A stretch of DNA of 64,000 nt, taken from the IMG/VR virus record IMGVR_UViG_3300035208_003131, positions 1 through 64,000 of that record; one strand, given 5' to 3'. The translations under genes were made by a program, and so were the position numbers. The notes below the pieces were generated by a model. It was not told the DNA's origin. It was given only the letters and a program-made list of their open reading frames with translations, and searched no databases. The DNA is from a virus. Taxonomy: Duplodnaviria; Caudoviricetes. Position 1 is the first letter of the stretch. Each line of letters starts with the position of its first letter. Shown one piece after another: positions 29,594 to 38,512 of this stretch.

Positions 29594-30376
29594 TTATTTT
29601 TTAGTAGCTTTCTTGGTCACTTTTTTAGTGGCCTTTTTTGTAGCTTTTTTCTTAACTACATTTTTTGTAGCTTTTTTCTTAACTACATTTTTTGTAGCTT
29701 TTTTCTTAACTACATTTTTACTTTTAATAGATATAGGTGGTTGATCGTCTTCATATTTTTTTGTAGCAAATGGCAACCCATGTTCATCAATCTCTTTTTG
29801 TAATTTTGCGGCTTTAGCTTTCATTCGTTGAGCTTCTTCATCTCTACGTTTTCTCTCTTTAGCTTCTTTTAAAAGTAATTGATATTCATCACTCTTGATA
29901 ATATCATCAACATCGTTATCATTAATACCATTCATAGAATCATATATAATAGTGGGTTCAGGTAAATTATTTTCAGAAGATTTTTTTACTTTACCGGTAT
30001 ATTTATCAGTTACCTTAACACCTGTAATTCTATCTACCATATATCCATTACATGAGACTTCATCACCCAAATAATCTAATTGATCTGGATGGGTTACATT
30101 ATGTCTCCAAGGATTAGCTGATCTATCATGTGTGACACATGCATATTTATCTTCATATATAGTAAGTTTCGATTTAAGATCCGATATTTGTTTATTTTGA
30201 GCTAATAATGTTTTATTAAAATTACTAACAGCAAGTTTATGTACTTTAGCATCTTCAAGCTCTTTAATTATATTGGCAGTTACATCGTTATTTAATAACT
30301 GACTTATTTTATTGATTGAATCAACGTCAAATCCAGCGTCAAATAATGATGTAATTAATTGTTTAATATTATACAT
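29594..30376 (-). CDS. Hypothetical protein with histone-H1-like KKATKK tail
   Basis: Start moved to MYNIKQ (AAAGGA SD; avoids overlap with 30485); C-terminus is (NVVKKKATK)3 followed by KATKK repeats. Confidence 0.75.
   Translation of the reverse strand: MYNIKQLITSLFDAGFDVDSINKISQLLNNDVTANIIKELEDAKVHKLAVSNFNKTLLAQNKQISDLKSKLTIYEDKYACVTHDRSANPWRHNVTHPDQLDYLGDEVSCNGYMVDRITGVKVTDKYTGKVKKSSENNLPEPTIIYDSMNGINDNDVDDIIKSDEYQLLLKEAKERKRRDEEAQRMKAKAAKLQKEIDEHGLPFATKKYEDDQPPISIKSKNVVKKKATKNVVKKKATKNVVKKKATKKATKKVTKKATKK
29634..29714. repeat. Three perfect 27-bp tandem repeats (coding)
   Basis: TTTTTTGTAGCTTTTTTCTTAACTACA at 29634, 29661 and 29688. Confidence 0.92.
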
Positions 30377-30453
30377 ATTAATTCCTTTTAATGAATGTAC
30401 ATATAAAAATACTATATTAAAATATAAATGCCCATAACAATAACATAACTTTA

Positions 30454-30462
30454 TATAAACTA
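30454..30462 (+). promoter_or_regulatory. Putative late promoter TATAAACTA
   Basis: Exact motif 22 nt upstream of ATG 30485. Confidence 0.7.
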
Positions 30463-30484
30463 TGAATAAATTAGGTAGAACATA

Positions 30485-31222
30485 ATGGATAAAAGATATT
30501 TTCATAATTATTTAAATAAATTAAAAGACTCAAGCCCTGATGATTTTGCTTTAATTGAAAGCATTCAAAATACATTTGAGACTACGGTTGACTGTATTAC
30601 TGATGATCAACGCAGAGCATTAAGAAATCACCCAATTCAATTTATTGAACGCAAATTACAGGAAGATGGTAGTTGGACTACCGATCTACATTTATGGGCT
30701 GAAAACGGACTACCAGAACTAATTGAATTAGATCCGATGATACTAGCACATAAAAATGGGTACGGTGATACTATACTTATGTCACTTGTTGTTGGTGCGA
30801 CTGGAGCACACACCGAAGTAGTTAATTATAAATTAATTCAAAAAATTCTTGAAACCGATCTCAATTATGACGACATTGAACGTAATGGCGACGAAGAGAA
30901 AATTATACCATCTAATGTATTAGATATTGAAGATTTAAATGGTGAAAGCGTTTTAGACTACCTTATAGACTTCGCATATGCAACTGGAGCCTATGAGGGC
31001 CAAGAACCAGATGAGAAGCTTCAGATGCTCTTAAAATACTTTGCTGAGTATGATGGAGAGGAAGAAGATCCCGAACCAGAACCAGTGAAAATTATCATCC
31101 ATGATGAACCTGAGATTAAAAATAAAGATCCCGAAGAATTACAAGAAGATAACAAAGACTTAGATATAAAAAATCACGTTTCTCCTAACTCTTCATCTAT
31201 AATATCATCAACAACAGTCTGA
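30485..31222 (+). CDS. Acidic protein with ankyrin-like motifs
   Basis: KNGYGDTILMSL and DLNGESVLDYL resemble the ankyrin D..G.T.Lh.A consensus. Confidence 0.55.
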   Translation: MDKRYFHNYLNKLKDSSPDDFALIESIQNTFETTVDCITDDQRRALRNHPIQFIERKLQEDGSWTTDLHLWAENGLPELIELDPMILAHKNGYGDTILMSLVVGATGAHTEVVNYKLIQKILETDLNYDDIERNGDEEKIIPSNVLDIEDLNGESVLDYLIDFAYATGAYEGQEPDEKLQMLLKYFAEYDGEEEDPEPEPVKIIIHDEPEIKNKDPEELQEDNKDLDIKNHVSPNSSSIISSTTV

Positions 31223-31374
31223 TATTTAGCTATAAGTCTTTCTTGTTCAGTTTTAATATAACCTGCACGAATATATTGCAGATTTAAGCCTCGGTCAATT
31301 ATGACTTGGGCTTTTTTTTCGTCTATATTAAAATACCGCTGTACTAATTCAATGTCTGTTAGTTCTTCATGCAT
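31174..31374 (-). CDS. Hypothetical small protein
   Basis: 66 aa at the end of the clamp-loader operon; overlaps the convergent gene by 49 nt. Confidence 0.5.
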   Translation of the reverse strand: MHEELTDIELVQRYFNIDEKKAQVIIDRGLNLQYIRAGYIKTEQERLIAKYQTVVDDIIDEELGET

Positions 31375-31389
31375 ATTAACAATATATAC

Positions 31390-31560
31390 CTATTGAGTAA
31401 ACTTAATAAGGTAAACTACAAAATTACCGAGCCATACACCAAGTGATAATCCATATACAGCACCCATCTCATAATCAGAGATATAATGTATAAATATACC
31501 AAGACCTAGTGCAATGAGTGCAGCTAATGTTGCAAATCCTAACGCTTCAAAAAATATCAT
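31390..31560 (-). CDS. Small two-TM membrane protein (56 aa), missed by the ORF track
   Basis: Translated by hand: MIFFEALGFATLAALIALGLGIFIHYISDYEMGAVYGLSLGVWLGNFVVYLIKFTQ*. The start overlaps the gp62 stop (ATGA) and the ORF fills the gap. Confidence 0.7.
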   Translation of the reverse strand: MIFFEALGFATLAALIALGLGIFIHYISDYEMGAVYGLSLGVWLGNFVVYLIKFTQ

Positions 31561-31994
31561 TTTCGTTTCCTTGCTCGTTGTTTTCTAAAATTGATACTTT
31601 TATTGTCAAACAATTTAGCATGCAACTCTTCAACTTCTTTCATATCAACAGTTTTAAATTTAATACATGAATCAGCTTCGTTGTATGATAGATCAAATAC
31701 TTCCATGACCATAGATACCTGATCTTTTAATTGTTTTGTACTTCCAGCTTTAGCTTTCTTCCACCGCATATCAAATGCAACACCATCAAATGATGTGAAA
31801 GCTAAACACTGGATGTTTTTTGGTAGCTTAAAAAACTGTTCTGTATTAATTGCATCACAAATATTATTAAATCTACTATCCATAGATAATGCCATTTGTG
31901 TCATATATAAATTAAATTCCTTAAGATCTTCAGGTGAAGGTTCAACTCCAAACTTTCGGTCTTTAAGAAATTCAAAATGATTAAACTTAGCCAT
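31557..31994 (-). CDS. 62: Clamp loader small subunit, gp62-like
   Basis: FNLYMTQMALSMD pattern; directly downstream of gp44. Confidence 0.7.
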   Translation of the reverse strand: MAKFNHFEFLKDRKFGVEPSPEDLKEFNLYMTQMALSMDSRFNNICDAINTEQFFKLPKNIQCLAFTSFDGVAFDMRWKKAKAGSTKQLKDQVSMVMEVFDLSYNEADSCIKFKTVDMKEVEELHAKLFDNKSINFRKQRARKRK

Positions 31995-31996
31995 AA

Positions 31997-33025
31997 TTAA
32001 CCTTGGGTTTTTAGTAACAACATAGTTTTTGCAAGAAATCCATTCATATTAATTTCTTGATCAACAGCAGGAGCCGCAGAACGAAATTGATATTCAGCTA
32101 ATTGTACAGCAAAATTTAGACGATACTTTTTATCCATGTTTGTAATTGCAAATTCACCTAGAGGAGCATATACAGATTGAAAATCAACAATTGTACTTGA
32201 TACAAACTGTCTCAGTCCCATATAATCATTCTTACATATAAAATCCCAAATGGTTTGAATATGATCATATGTAACAAAGGTAGGTTCGCCATCGATATTA
32301 CCCTTGTTCTCTAAAAAATTAATGAACATACTTTGTATAATTGATCTAAAATCGGGATAATAGTAACGAGCCATTTGTTTTAATGTCTCTTGATTTACAG
32401 TACCACCTTTATCTTCAACTTCAACTTTAGCAATATACTTCATACGATTAAATAATTGGCGTTTCACTTCATTATCATTCATATCATATGCAAATGAAAT
32501 TGGAGCACATCGAGACGATATTGATTCAGGTATTTTGTAAAGGTTATTGCACGTAAGAATAAATCTAAGTGTACCCTCAGTTGCTTCAATTAATGAATTA
32601 AGCCCGTTATAAAACTTACCAGCATCTTGAGCCTTTGGTCTATCAGCTTCATCGATAATTACAAATCGAGGTTTTCCATCCATCGATTTTTGAGCAGCAA
32701 ATGCACGGATATGATCAAATATTTCAGATCCAGATTCAGCACCAGCATAAAAATCATAATCAGCATTTAATTGAGTTGGGATTACTCGTGCGGTTGTTGT
32801 CTTACCAGTTCCAGGTTTACCAGAATGTAAAATCATGTGAGTAAACTCATTCTTAGCTAATCCATATTCAATCATAGATTTAATTCGTGTAGGAAGAATA
32901 GTTTCTTCAATTGATTGTGGTCTCCATCGTGCGACCCACGGTGATTTTAGCTGTACAACACTTAAAGCTTCTTGACTCATGCTTTCAGTTTCCGCTACGC
33001 CTTCACCTGTAAAAATGTCTTCCAT
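31997..33025 (-). CDS. 44: Clamp loader large subunit gp44 (RFC family)
   Basis: WVARWRPQSIEE, SGKPGTGKTT, IIDEAD, FILTCN, SRC, PDFR. Start moved to MEDIF (GAGG SD). Confidence 0.93.
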   Translation of the reverse strand: MEDIFTGEGVAETESMSQEALSVVQLKSPWVARWRPQSIEETILPTRIKSMIEYGLAKNEFTHMILHSGKPGTGKTTTARVIPTQLNADYDFYAGAESGSEIFDHIRAFAAQKSMDGKPRFVIIDEADRPKAQDAGKFYNGLNSLIEATEGTLRFILTCNNLYKIPESISSRCAPISFAYDMNDNEVKRQLFNRMKYIAKVEVEDKGGTVNQETLKQMARYYYPDFRSIIQSMFINFLENKGNIDGEPTFVTYDHIQTIWDFICKNDYMGLRQFVSSTIVDFQSVYAPLGEFAITNMDKKYRLNFAVQLAEYQFRSAAPAVDQEINMNGFLAKTMLLLKTQG

Positions 33026-33087
33026 TATATAACCTCGTTGTTTAACACAAAAGATAGCAACTTTATAGCATAACAGGAACAGAAATT

Positions 33088-33096
33088 TATAAACTA
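33088..33096 (+). promoter_or_regulatory. Putative late promoter TATAAACTA
   Basis: Exact motif only 5 nt upstream of ATG 33102. Confidence 0.65.
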
Positions 33097-33101
33097 TTAC
33101 C

Positions 33102-33494
33102 ATGAACAAATTTATTACATTTATAGAAAGTTTACGTAATTCGTCAAACGATGAATTAATCAATATAATTAAAGAAGGTTATCATATTATATATGAATCT
33201 TTAAGCACAGACGACGCAAATGGAAAACCAAATGGTAATACCGTTTCAGATCCAAGCGTTGCAAGTGTTGTTGACTATCAACAAAATGATAATAATGAAT
33301 ATTTCCCACAAACACTAACCGATACCAAACTAGATAAAGTATCTAAATCATACATCGGTAGTAGAGTAGCTGCATACCCACAAGCTGCACGTACATCTGT
33401 GGGTAAAGACCCCATAAATAAATTCCAATCTACACCAAATGTAAATGGTGTAGGTGGAGAATATGCAGGTGGTGGATCAGGTGGACTTAAATAA
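33102..33494 (+). CDS. Hypothetical protein, possible head-internal protein
   Basis: N-terminus MNKFITFIES resembles the T4 capsid-targeting sequence. Confidence 0.65.
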   Translation: MNKFITFIESLRNSSNDELINIIKEGYHIIYESLSTDDANGKPNGNTVSDPSVASVVDYQQNDNNEYFPQTLTDTKLDKVSKSYIGSRVAAYPQAARTSVGKDPINKFQSTPNVNGVGGEYAGGGSGGLK

Positions 33495-33517
33495 AAAATA
33501 TTTAAGTCTATTACCCA

Positions 33518-36379
33518 TTATAAAAACTCAACGAGGTTATCACTCTCATCATGTTCTAAATTTTTACCCCAACCAACAGCTATGAAAATTTTATCCATTG
33601 TTTGAGCAATATTTTTAAGCCATTGTTCATCCCAATCTGGAGTAAAAATTTCTAATAATCTTGGTGGACATGATTCACCGATATACGCAATAGAGTTGAT
33701 GTTAAATTTATTTGGTGCAACTTTAATAAACTTCACTTTAGCCGATTCAAAAATAGGTTCAAGTGGAAGCTCGGATAGTTGTGGATCTGTTTCAATTAAA
33801 TAATTCCATACAGATGCCGATCGCAATCTCCAATCAACGGTTTTACGGTCTTCTTCACTCCATGTAATATATTGTTCCCACTTTGGTGGATTTTGCTTTA
33901 CACCAGACGGTATTGAAATTTCATAAATTCGGCCTTCATCAATACATTCATAGAACTCAGATTTAATTTTTAAATATTCGGCTCTTATATAACCTTTATC
34001 CATATTATCAAACATTTTATAAATTAAACCTAAGATACGCTCACGAGCAAACGGAGTTGTCGAACTACGAACAATTTCCATACCAGTAATTGCAAACTTA
34101 GCTTCTAATACATATTCACCAGTTTTTTTAATAAGTTTTTTATCAAAATATTTAGCATCTTCATTACTCTCAACACGACAGATATATTTCTTTTTTCTTG
34201 TTACAATCGCTTGATGAATACATTTTTCTCGTTTTAAAAAAATTGTATTTTCACGATAATTCCATTTATCGGAGTAACGTTGCATAATATCAGCAAGTGT
34301 ATCTTCCATAAGACCAGCATCAAGTATACGACAGAAATCCGTTAGTAGATTTCTATTATATATAATTCGATATTCACCTGCAACTACAATTCCTTCGGCG
34401 AATGCATGTTTCTTTTTACCATTATCCAACGTAGCCCATTCATCGGAATATTTTATACATGCTGTATTAAATGCTTTCTTAGAATCTAATTCACCATCAG
34501 GTAAATCAAATGGATACTTTTCAATTATCTGATTACCCTTGAATACAATTACACTAATTTTCTTACCAACTAGTAATGCCGAATCTTTATAGAAATCTTC
34601 ATACTTTACAAAGAACGAATCAGTATCACCATGCGACATACGTCTATATGCAAGATCACCATCTTCATTTTCAAATGTACCACTAAGTGTAGGATCTATA
34701 GTTGGTTTATGTCCAAACATATTTTCAAATCGTTTATCATCTTTAAAATCATCTTCAAAATATTGATTCAATTCTTTAATAGTTGTGGTGATCAATTCAC
34801 GACCCAACGCAGTAATAGTAGCACTGTTATCGATATCATATAACTGAAAATATGGATTGCCTAATAATCCATACAATGAATTACCAAGAATCTTATATGT
34901 TTTCTGCTTCATATCATAGTAATCAGCAAGTACTTGATTACCATCTTTCATAGCTTTGAACATTAATTTTTTAAGTTCAGAACGTCCATCAAATAAAATC
35001 TTAACAACTTGTGGAACTATACCAACTTTATCCTTACGGTAATAAACTTGACGTTGTCCATTTGCAGTCCAAGGGCTTCTTACTAACGTGCGTTTTTCTT
35101 CAGCAGTTAATTCATAATCCATTGGGAATGTAACTTTAGTTTCAGGACTAATATTTGCTCCCATCATAATTGACGGATACATTGAACGATAATCATATGA
35201 TACTAAACAATCATAATACCCCGGTGTGGAATATACATAAGCCCCAGGAAACCATTCACGTTCATTCTCTCTAAGAGGAGGAAGTGTTAATCCTTGTTTA
35301 TGTAGATAGTTTAATAAAAAACCAACTAACATTTTTTTAGCTTCAAAAATAGCTGAAAATGGAACACGAGCCTCAGAACAAGCAGTTACAGTTGTTTCAA
35401 ACATGCGACACTTGTCTTCAATTAATTTCATTAACTTAACATCTTTAAAATTATATAAAACGAAATCATCCCAATAATTAATCCATGACATATATCCATC
35501 AGGTAATGGAGCTTTGCGTTCACCTACTTCAATTTCACCAATAGTATCTAACTTAAAATTATCACGTTCTGAGAATGTGTATTTTTTATATAGTTGTAAA
35601 AAGTCAATAGTTTCAGTACCACCAATTTCTAACCGATTTGTACGTTTAGAAACATAAGCACTTTTATATTTCACAGGAAGTCTACTTAACGAACGAATAT
35701 CAACATCAAGTCTAGCAGCACGATTAATTAAATATGGGAAATCATAAAAATCCGAATTCCACCCAGTAAGAATATCACACTCACTATCACCGATAGTTGA
35801 AAACAATTTATTAAGTAAATCAGTTTCAGTTTTACAGTTAATATATGCACAATTTTCATCTGCAAGTTTCTTTGCAGTCTCTTCTTTAATCTCTCTATTA
35901 AGACCAAATGTATAATACGTACCAACTTTTGATAAATAAATAGTAACACAGTTAACCGGATACTCAGCTTTTTCAGCCGTTGGAAATTTACCTTTAGTTG
36001 CAACTTCTATATCAATAAAACATGTATTAACATCTTTTGGATTAAATCTAATTTCTTCTTGATCTTCGTATTGGTTTTGTAACCAACGAGTTCTAAAATC
36101 TACATCACATTCTGCTAATTGATTATAACGACCCGCATGCTGACTTCGAAGGTCACCCTCGGTTTTACCATCAGTAATAACTTCATACATTGGTTTGTCA
36201 TATATATTTTTCATACCACACGGATATGCCCCATATTCACCACGATTAGGTGTGAAAAAACGATGCTTTACAGGGTATGATAGTCTCTTTCCATCAGTAT
36301 ACCAAACGAATACTCTATCCGATCTACGATCATGATGGATTGAACTCCACATTTTCTTCTTTTCTTTTACTTCAGTCAT
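33518..36379 (-). CDS. 43: Family B DNA polymerase gp43
   Basis: Exo I FIDIE, Exo II GWNSDFYD, Exo III YNFKD; motif A DYRSMYPS, motif B KILGNSLYG, motif C HGDTDS. Start moved to MTEVK. Confidence 0.97.
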   Translation of the reverse strand: MTEVKEKKKMWSSIHHDRRSDRVFVWYTDGKRLSYPVKHRFFTPNRGEYGAYPCGMKNIYDKPMYEVITDGKTEGDLRSQHAGRYNQLAECDVDFRTRWLQNQYEDQEEIRFNPKDVNTCFIDIEVATKGKFPTAEKAEYPVNCVTIYLSKVGTYYTFGLNREIKEETAKKLADENCAYINCKTETDLLNKLFSTIGDSECDILTGWNSDFYDFPYLINRAARLDVDIRSLSRLPVKYKSAYVSKRTNRLEIGGTETIDFLQLYKKYTFSERDNFKLDTIGEIEVGERKAPLPDGYMSWINYWDDFVLYNFKDVKLMKLIEDKCRMFETTVTACSEARVPFSAIFEAKKMLVGFLLNYLHKQGLTLPPLRENEREWFPGAYVYSTPGYYDCLVSYDYRSMYPSIMMGANISPETKVTFPMDYELTAEEKRTLVRSPWTANGQRQVYYRKDKVGIVPQVVKILFDGRSELKKLMFKAMKDGNQVLADYYDMKQKTYKILGNSLYGLLGNPYFQLYDIDNSATITALGRELITTTIKELNQYFEDDFKDDKRFENMFGHKPTIDPTLSGTFENEDGDLAYRRMSHGDTDSFFVKYEDFYKDSALLVGKKISVIVFKGNQIIEKYPFDLPDGELDSKKAFNTACIKYSDEWATLDNGKKKHAFAEGIVVAGEYRIIYNRNLLTDFCRILDAGLMEDTLADIMQRYSDKWNYRENTIFLKREKCIHQAIVTRKKKYICRVESNEDAKYFDKKLIKKTGEYVLEAKFAITGMEIVRSSTTPFARERILGLIYKMFDNMDKGYIRAEYLKIKSEFYECIDEGRIYEISIPSGVKQNPPKWEQYITWSEEDRKTVDWRLRSASVWNYLIETDPQLSELPLEPIFESAKVKFIKVAPNKFNINSIAYIGESCPPRLLEIFTPDWDEQWLKNIAQTMDKIFIAVGWGKNLEHDESDNLVEFL

Positions 36380-36491
36380 ATATTTCCCACGATTCAAATA
36401 AAAATATAGCAAAAATTAAAACAAATGAACAAAAAAAAACGACACAACACTAGTTGAATCGTTTAATAATTATTATAATTTATTATTTTTA

Positions 36492-37289
36492 TTATATCAA
36501 TGGTTTAATTGATACCGCATATGCTTCAAGTACACCTTGAATATATTTAGAATTTTCATCATTCTTAATAGATTCTACAAATGCTTCAAACTTATCAGCG
36601 TTTTCTTTTAAAACTGCTTTTGCTTCAGCTTCTGGTTGAGTTTTAGCAACTTCCTCAAATTTCTTATTACCGTCAGCACCCTTTTGCATATCTTTCATAG
36701 AACTATCAGCTTGTTTTTCAACAGTATCATCAGCTTTATGTTCAGTTACACTGTGTTCAGTATTAGTATTTGCTTTATCAAGCTCTTTACTTTCCTTAGA
36801 ACCAGTTTTGGCTGTAACGAAATCAGTTTGTTTAACTGCGTCTGCTTTCAAGAATTTTTCTGCACTGTCAACTCCACCCGATGGGTTAGCCGCATTAGCT
36901 TCATTGATGTTTTTCATTTTTTCTTCCTTTTTTATATTAGATTCAACTGTTTTACGTTTATTAGCGATATAAGCATCTTGATCATCGATGTTACCATCAT
37001 TATTGATGTCTTCATCTTCTTTATCAACTTTATCCAATTTAGGTTCCGCTGATTCGGTAATACCAAATACTCCATTAACGCTTCGTTCAAGATCCGCAAA
37101 GTCTAGACGATCATTTACATCATTACCTCTGCTTAGTATACCTTCAATTTCAGCACGAGTGTCATTAATTACGCCCTCGTTAATACTTTGTGTTACTGCG
37201 TTATACGCAGAATCGTCCATTGTTCCTTCTGTGATTCTATCGAACACATTGGCATCTCTCATTAATTTATCGAGGTCAAGCATATCCAT
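36492..37289 (-). CDS. Acidic hypothetical protein, possible prohead core/internal protein
   Basis: Low-complexity charged ORF with upstream TATAAACTA at 37333. Confidence 0.7.
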   Translation of the reverse strand: MDMLDLDKLMRDANVFDRITEGTMDDSAYNAVTQSINEGVINDTRAEIEGILSRGNDVNDRLDFADLERSVNGVFGITESAEPKLDKVDKEDEDINNDGNIDDQDAYIANKRKTVESNIKKEEKMKNINEANAANPSGGVDSAEKFLKADAVKQTDFVTAKTGSKESKELDKANTNTEHSVTEHKADDTVEKQADSSMKDMQKGADGNKKFEEVAKTQPEAEAKAVLKENADKFEAFVESIKNDENSKYIQGVLEAYAVSIKPLI

Positions 37290-37332
37290 CTTATTTAGCT
37301 CCGTAACTGTAAATGATTACTTTCTTTACTTT

Positions 37333-37341
37333 TAGTTTATA
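37333..37341 (-). promoter_or_regulatory. Putative late promoter TATAAACTA
   Basis: Exact motif; a divergent variant TATAAACTT lies on + at 37356-37364. Confidence 0.65.
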
Positions 37342-37388
37342 AAAGATGGAAAAATTATAAACTTTTTGTAACAACGTAGGTAATACAC

Positions 37389-37898
37389 ATGCAAGTAATT
37401 CATACATCATACATAAAACGTATGGCAGATCAGACAGGAAAAACATATAGAGACCTTGAAAGTATATGGAAAAAATTTGAACGTGAAGTTCAAAATGAGC
37501 GAATGTTCAATCCAAATAAATTTAGTCACATGCGTTCGACTGATGGTACAATAGCTCAAGAGATAGCAAAACGGTTTGAAGATTTTTTAGTAAATCCACT
37601 TGGAACCGAAGCTGAAAATCAGAATGAAAAAGTAGACGAAGTTCAAGATGAAATAGCAGCCGACGAAATTCAGGATAATATGGAGGAAGATATTGAATCC
37701 GACCTAGAAGGTGAACTCGTAGGTGACGAGCCTGATGAAGAAAATATAACCGATGAAACAGTAGAAGATACTAGCGATAAAATTGATAATGATATAGAGA
37801 AAGAATCAACAGACGAAAAAACCTCAGATGAAAAAACATCCGAGGATATTGAACCTGATATTAATATGGACGATTTTGAAGATCTAGAAGAACTTTAA
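37389..37898 (+). CDS. Hypothetical protein with very acidic C-terminus
   Basis: 169 aa; D/E-rich tail; preceded by TATAAACTT. Confidence 0.7.
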   Translation: MQVIHTSYIKRMADQTGKTYRDLESIWKKFEREVQNERMFNPNKFSHMRSTDGTIAQEIAKRFEDFLVNPLGTEAENQNEKVDEVQDEIAADEIQDNMEEDIESDLEGELVGDEPDEENITDETVEDTSDKIDNDIEKESTDEKTSDEKTSEDIEPDINMDDFEDLEEL

Positions 37899-38512
37899 AT
37901 TTCATGAAATGGATTAATCAGTTCTTTATTTAGAACATATTCTCTAATTTTTTGAACTACCCAATCAACCCTTTCATCTAATGTCGTCTGTTCAACCACT
38001 TCAAATGTACACGGCTTAAACATTTTAAATAAAGATCTAGTAAACGCATCTGCTTGTGTTCGCCATTTTTTATCTTTAATACATTCATGTCTAACATCAT
38101 CAAGTAATACAGGAATTCCATCTTCTGGTAAATGAAATATGATATCATATGGACTGTCAGCAGTAATTTTTGAAATTTTTTTAAATATATCTGACATCAC
38201 CATTTGTTCTTTTGCTGTACCACCGTTTAATTCAGTTGCATATAAAAATGCTAATTGTATTGGACTATCAGCGAGCATTACATCAATTTTAGATTTATCT
38301 GCGAGAGTTTCCCATTCCTGTTGTATATCAACAAGACGATACTGTTCCCATATATTCTCAATTCCACCATACTTGCGTATGTAAGATCGTGCATATTCTG
38401 ATACTAACTCAACTCGGTTTAAATCTGTACTCTGTTTAAGAGCAAGATTTACAGCCTGAGTTAATGTGGTTTTACCTGTAGAAGGTAATCCCGAAAATCC
38501 AATTTTAATCAT
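37895..38512 (-). CDS. P-loop kinase, NadR/AAA_28 family
   Basis: IGFSGLPSTGKTT, VSEYARSY, ADSPI, YDIIFHLP, DDVR. Confidence 0.85.
   Translation of the reverse strand: MIKIGFSGLPSTGKTTLTQAVNLALKQSTDLNRVELVSEYARSYIRKYGGIENIWEQYRLVDIQQEWETLADKSKIDVMLADSPIQLAFLYATELNGGTAKEQMVMSDIFKKISKITADSPYDIIFHLPEDGIPVLLDDVRHECIKDKKWRTQADAFTRSLFKMFKPCTFEVVEQTTLDERVDWVVQKIREYVLNKELINPFHEI

Noticed and set aside
30377-30505. ORF-track N-terminal extensions (29594, 31997, 33518, 47866 ORFs)
   Set aside because: Downstream ATGs have clear SD motifs, and the extensions run through promoters or terminators or overlap divergent genes.
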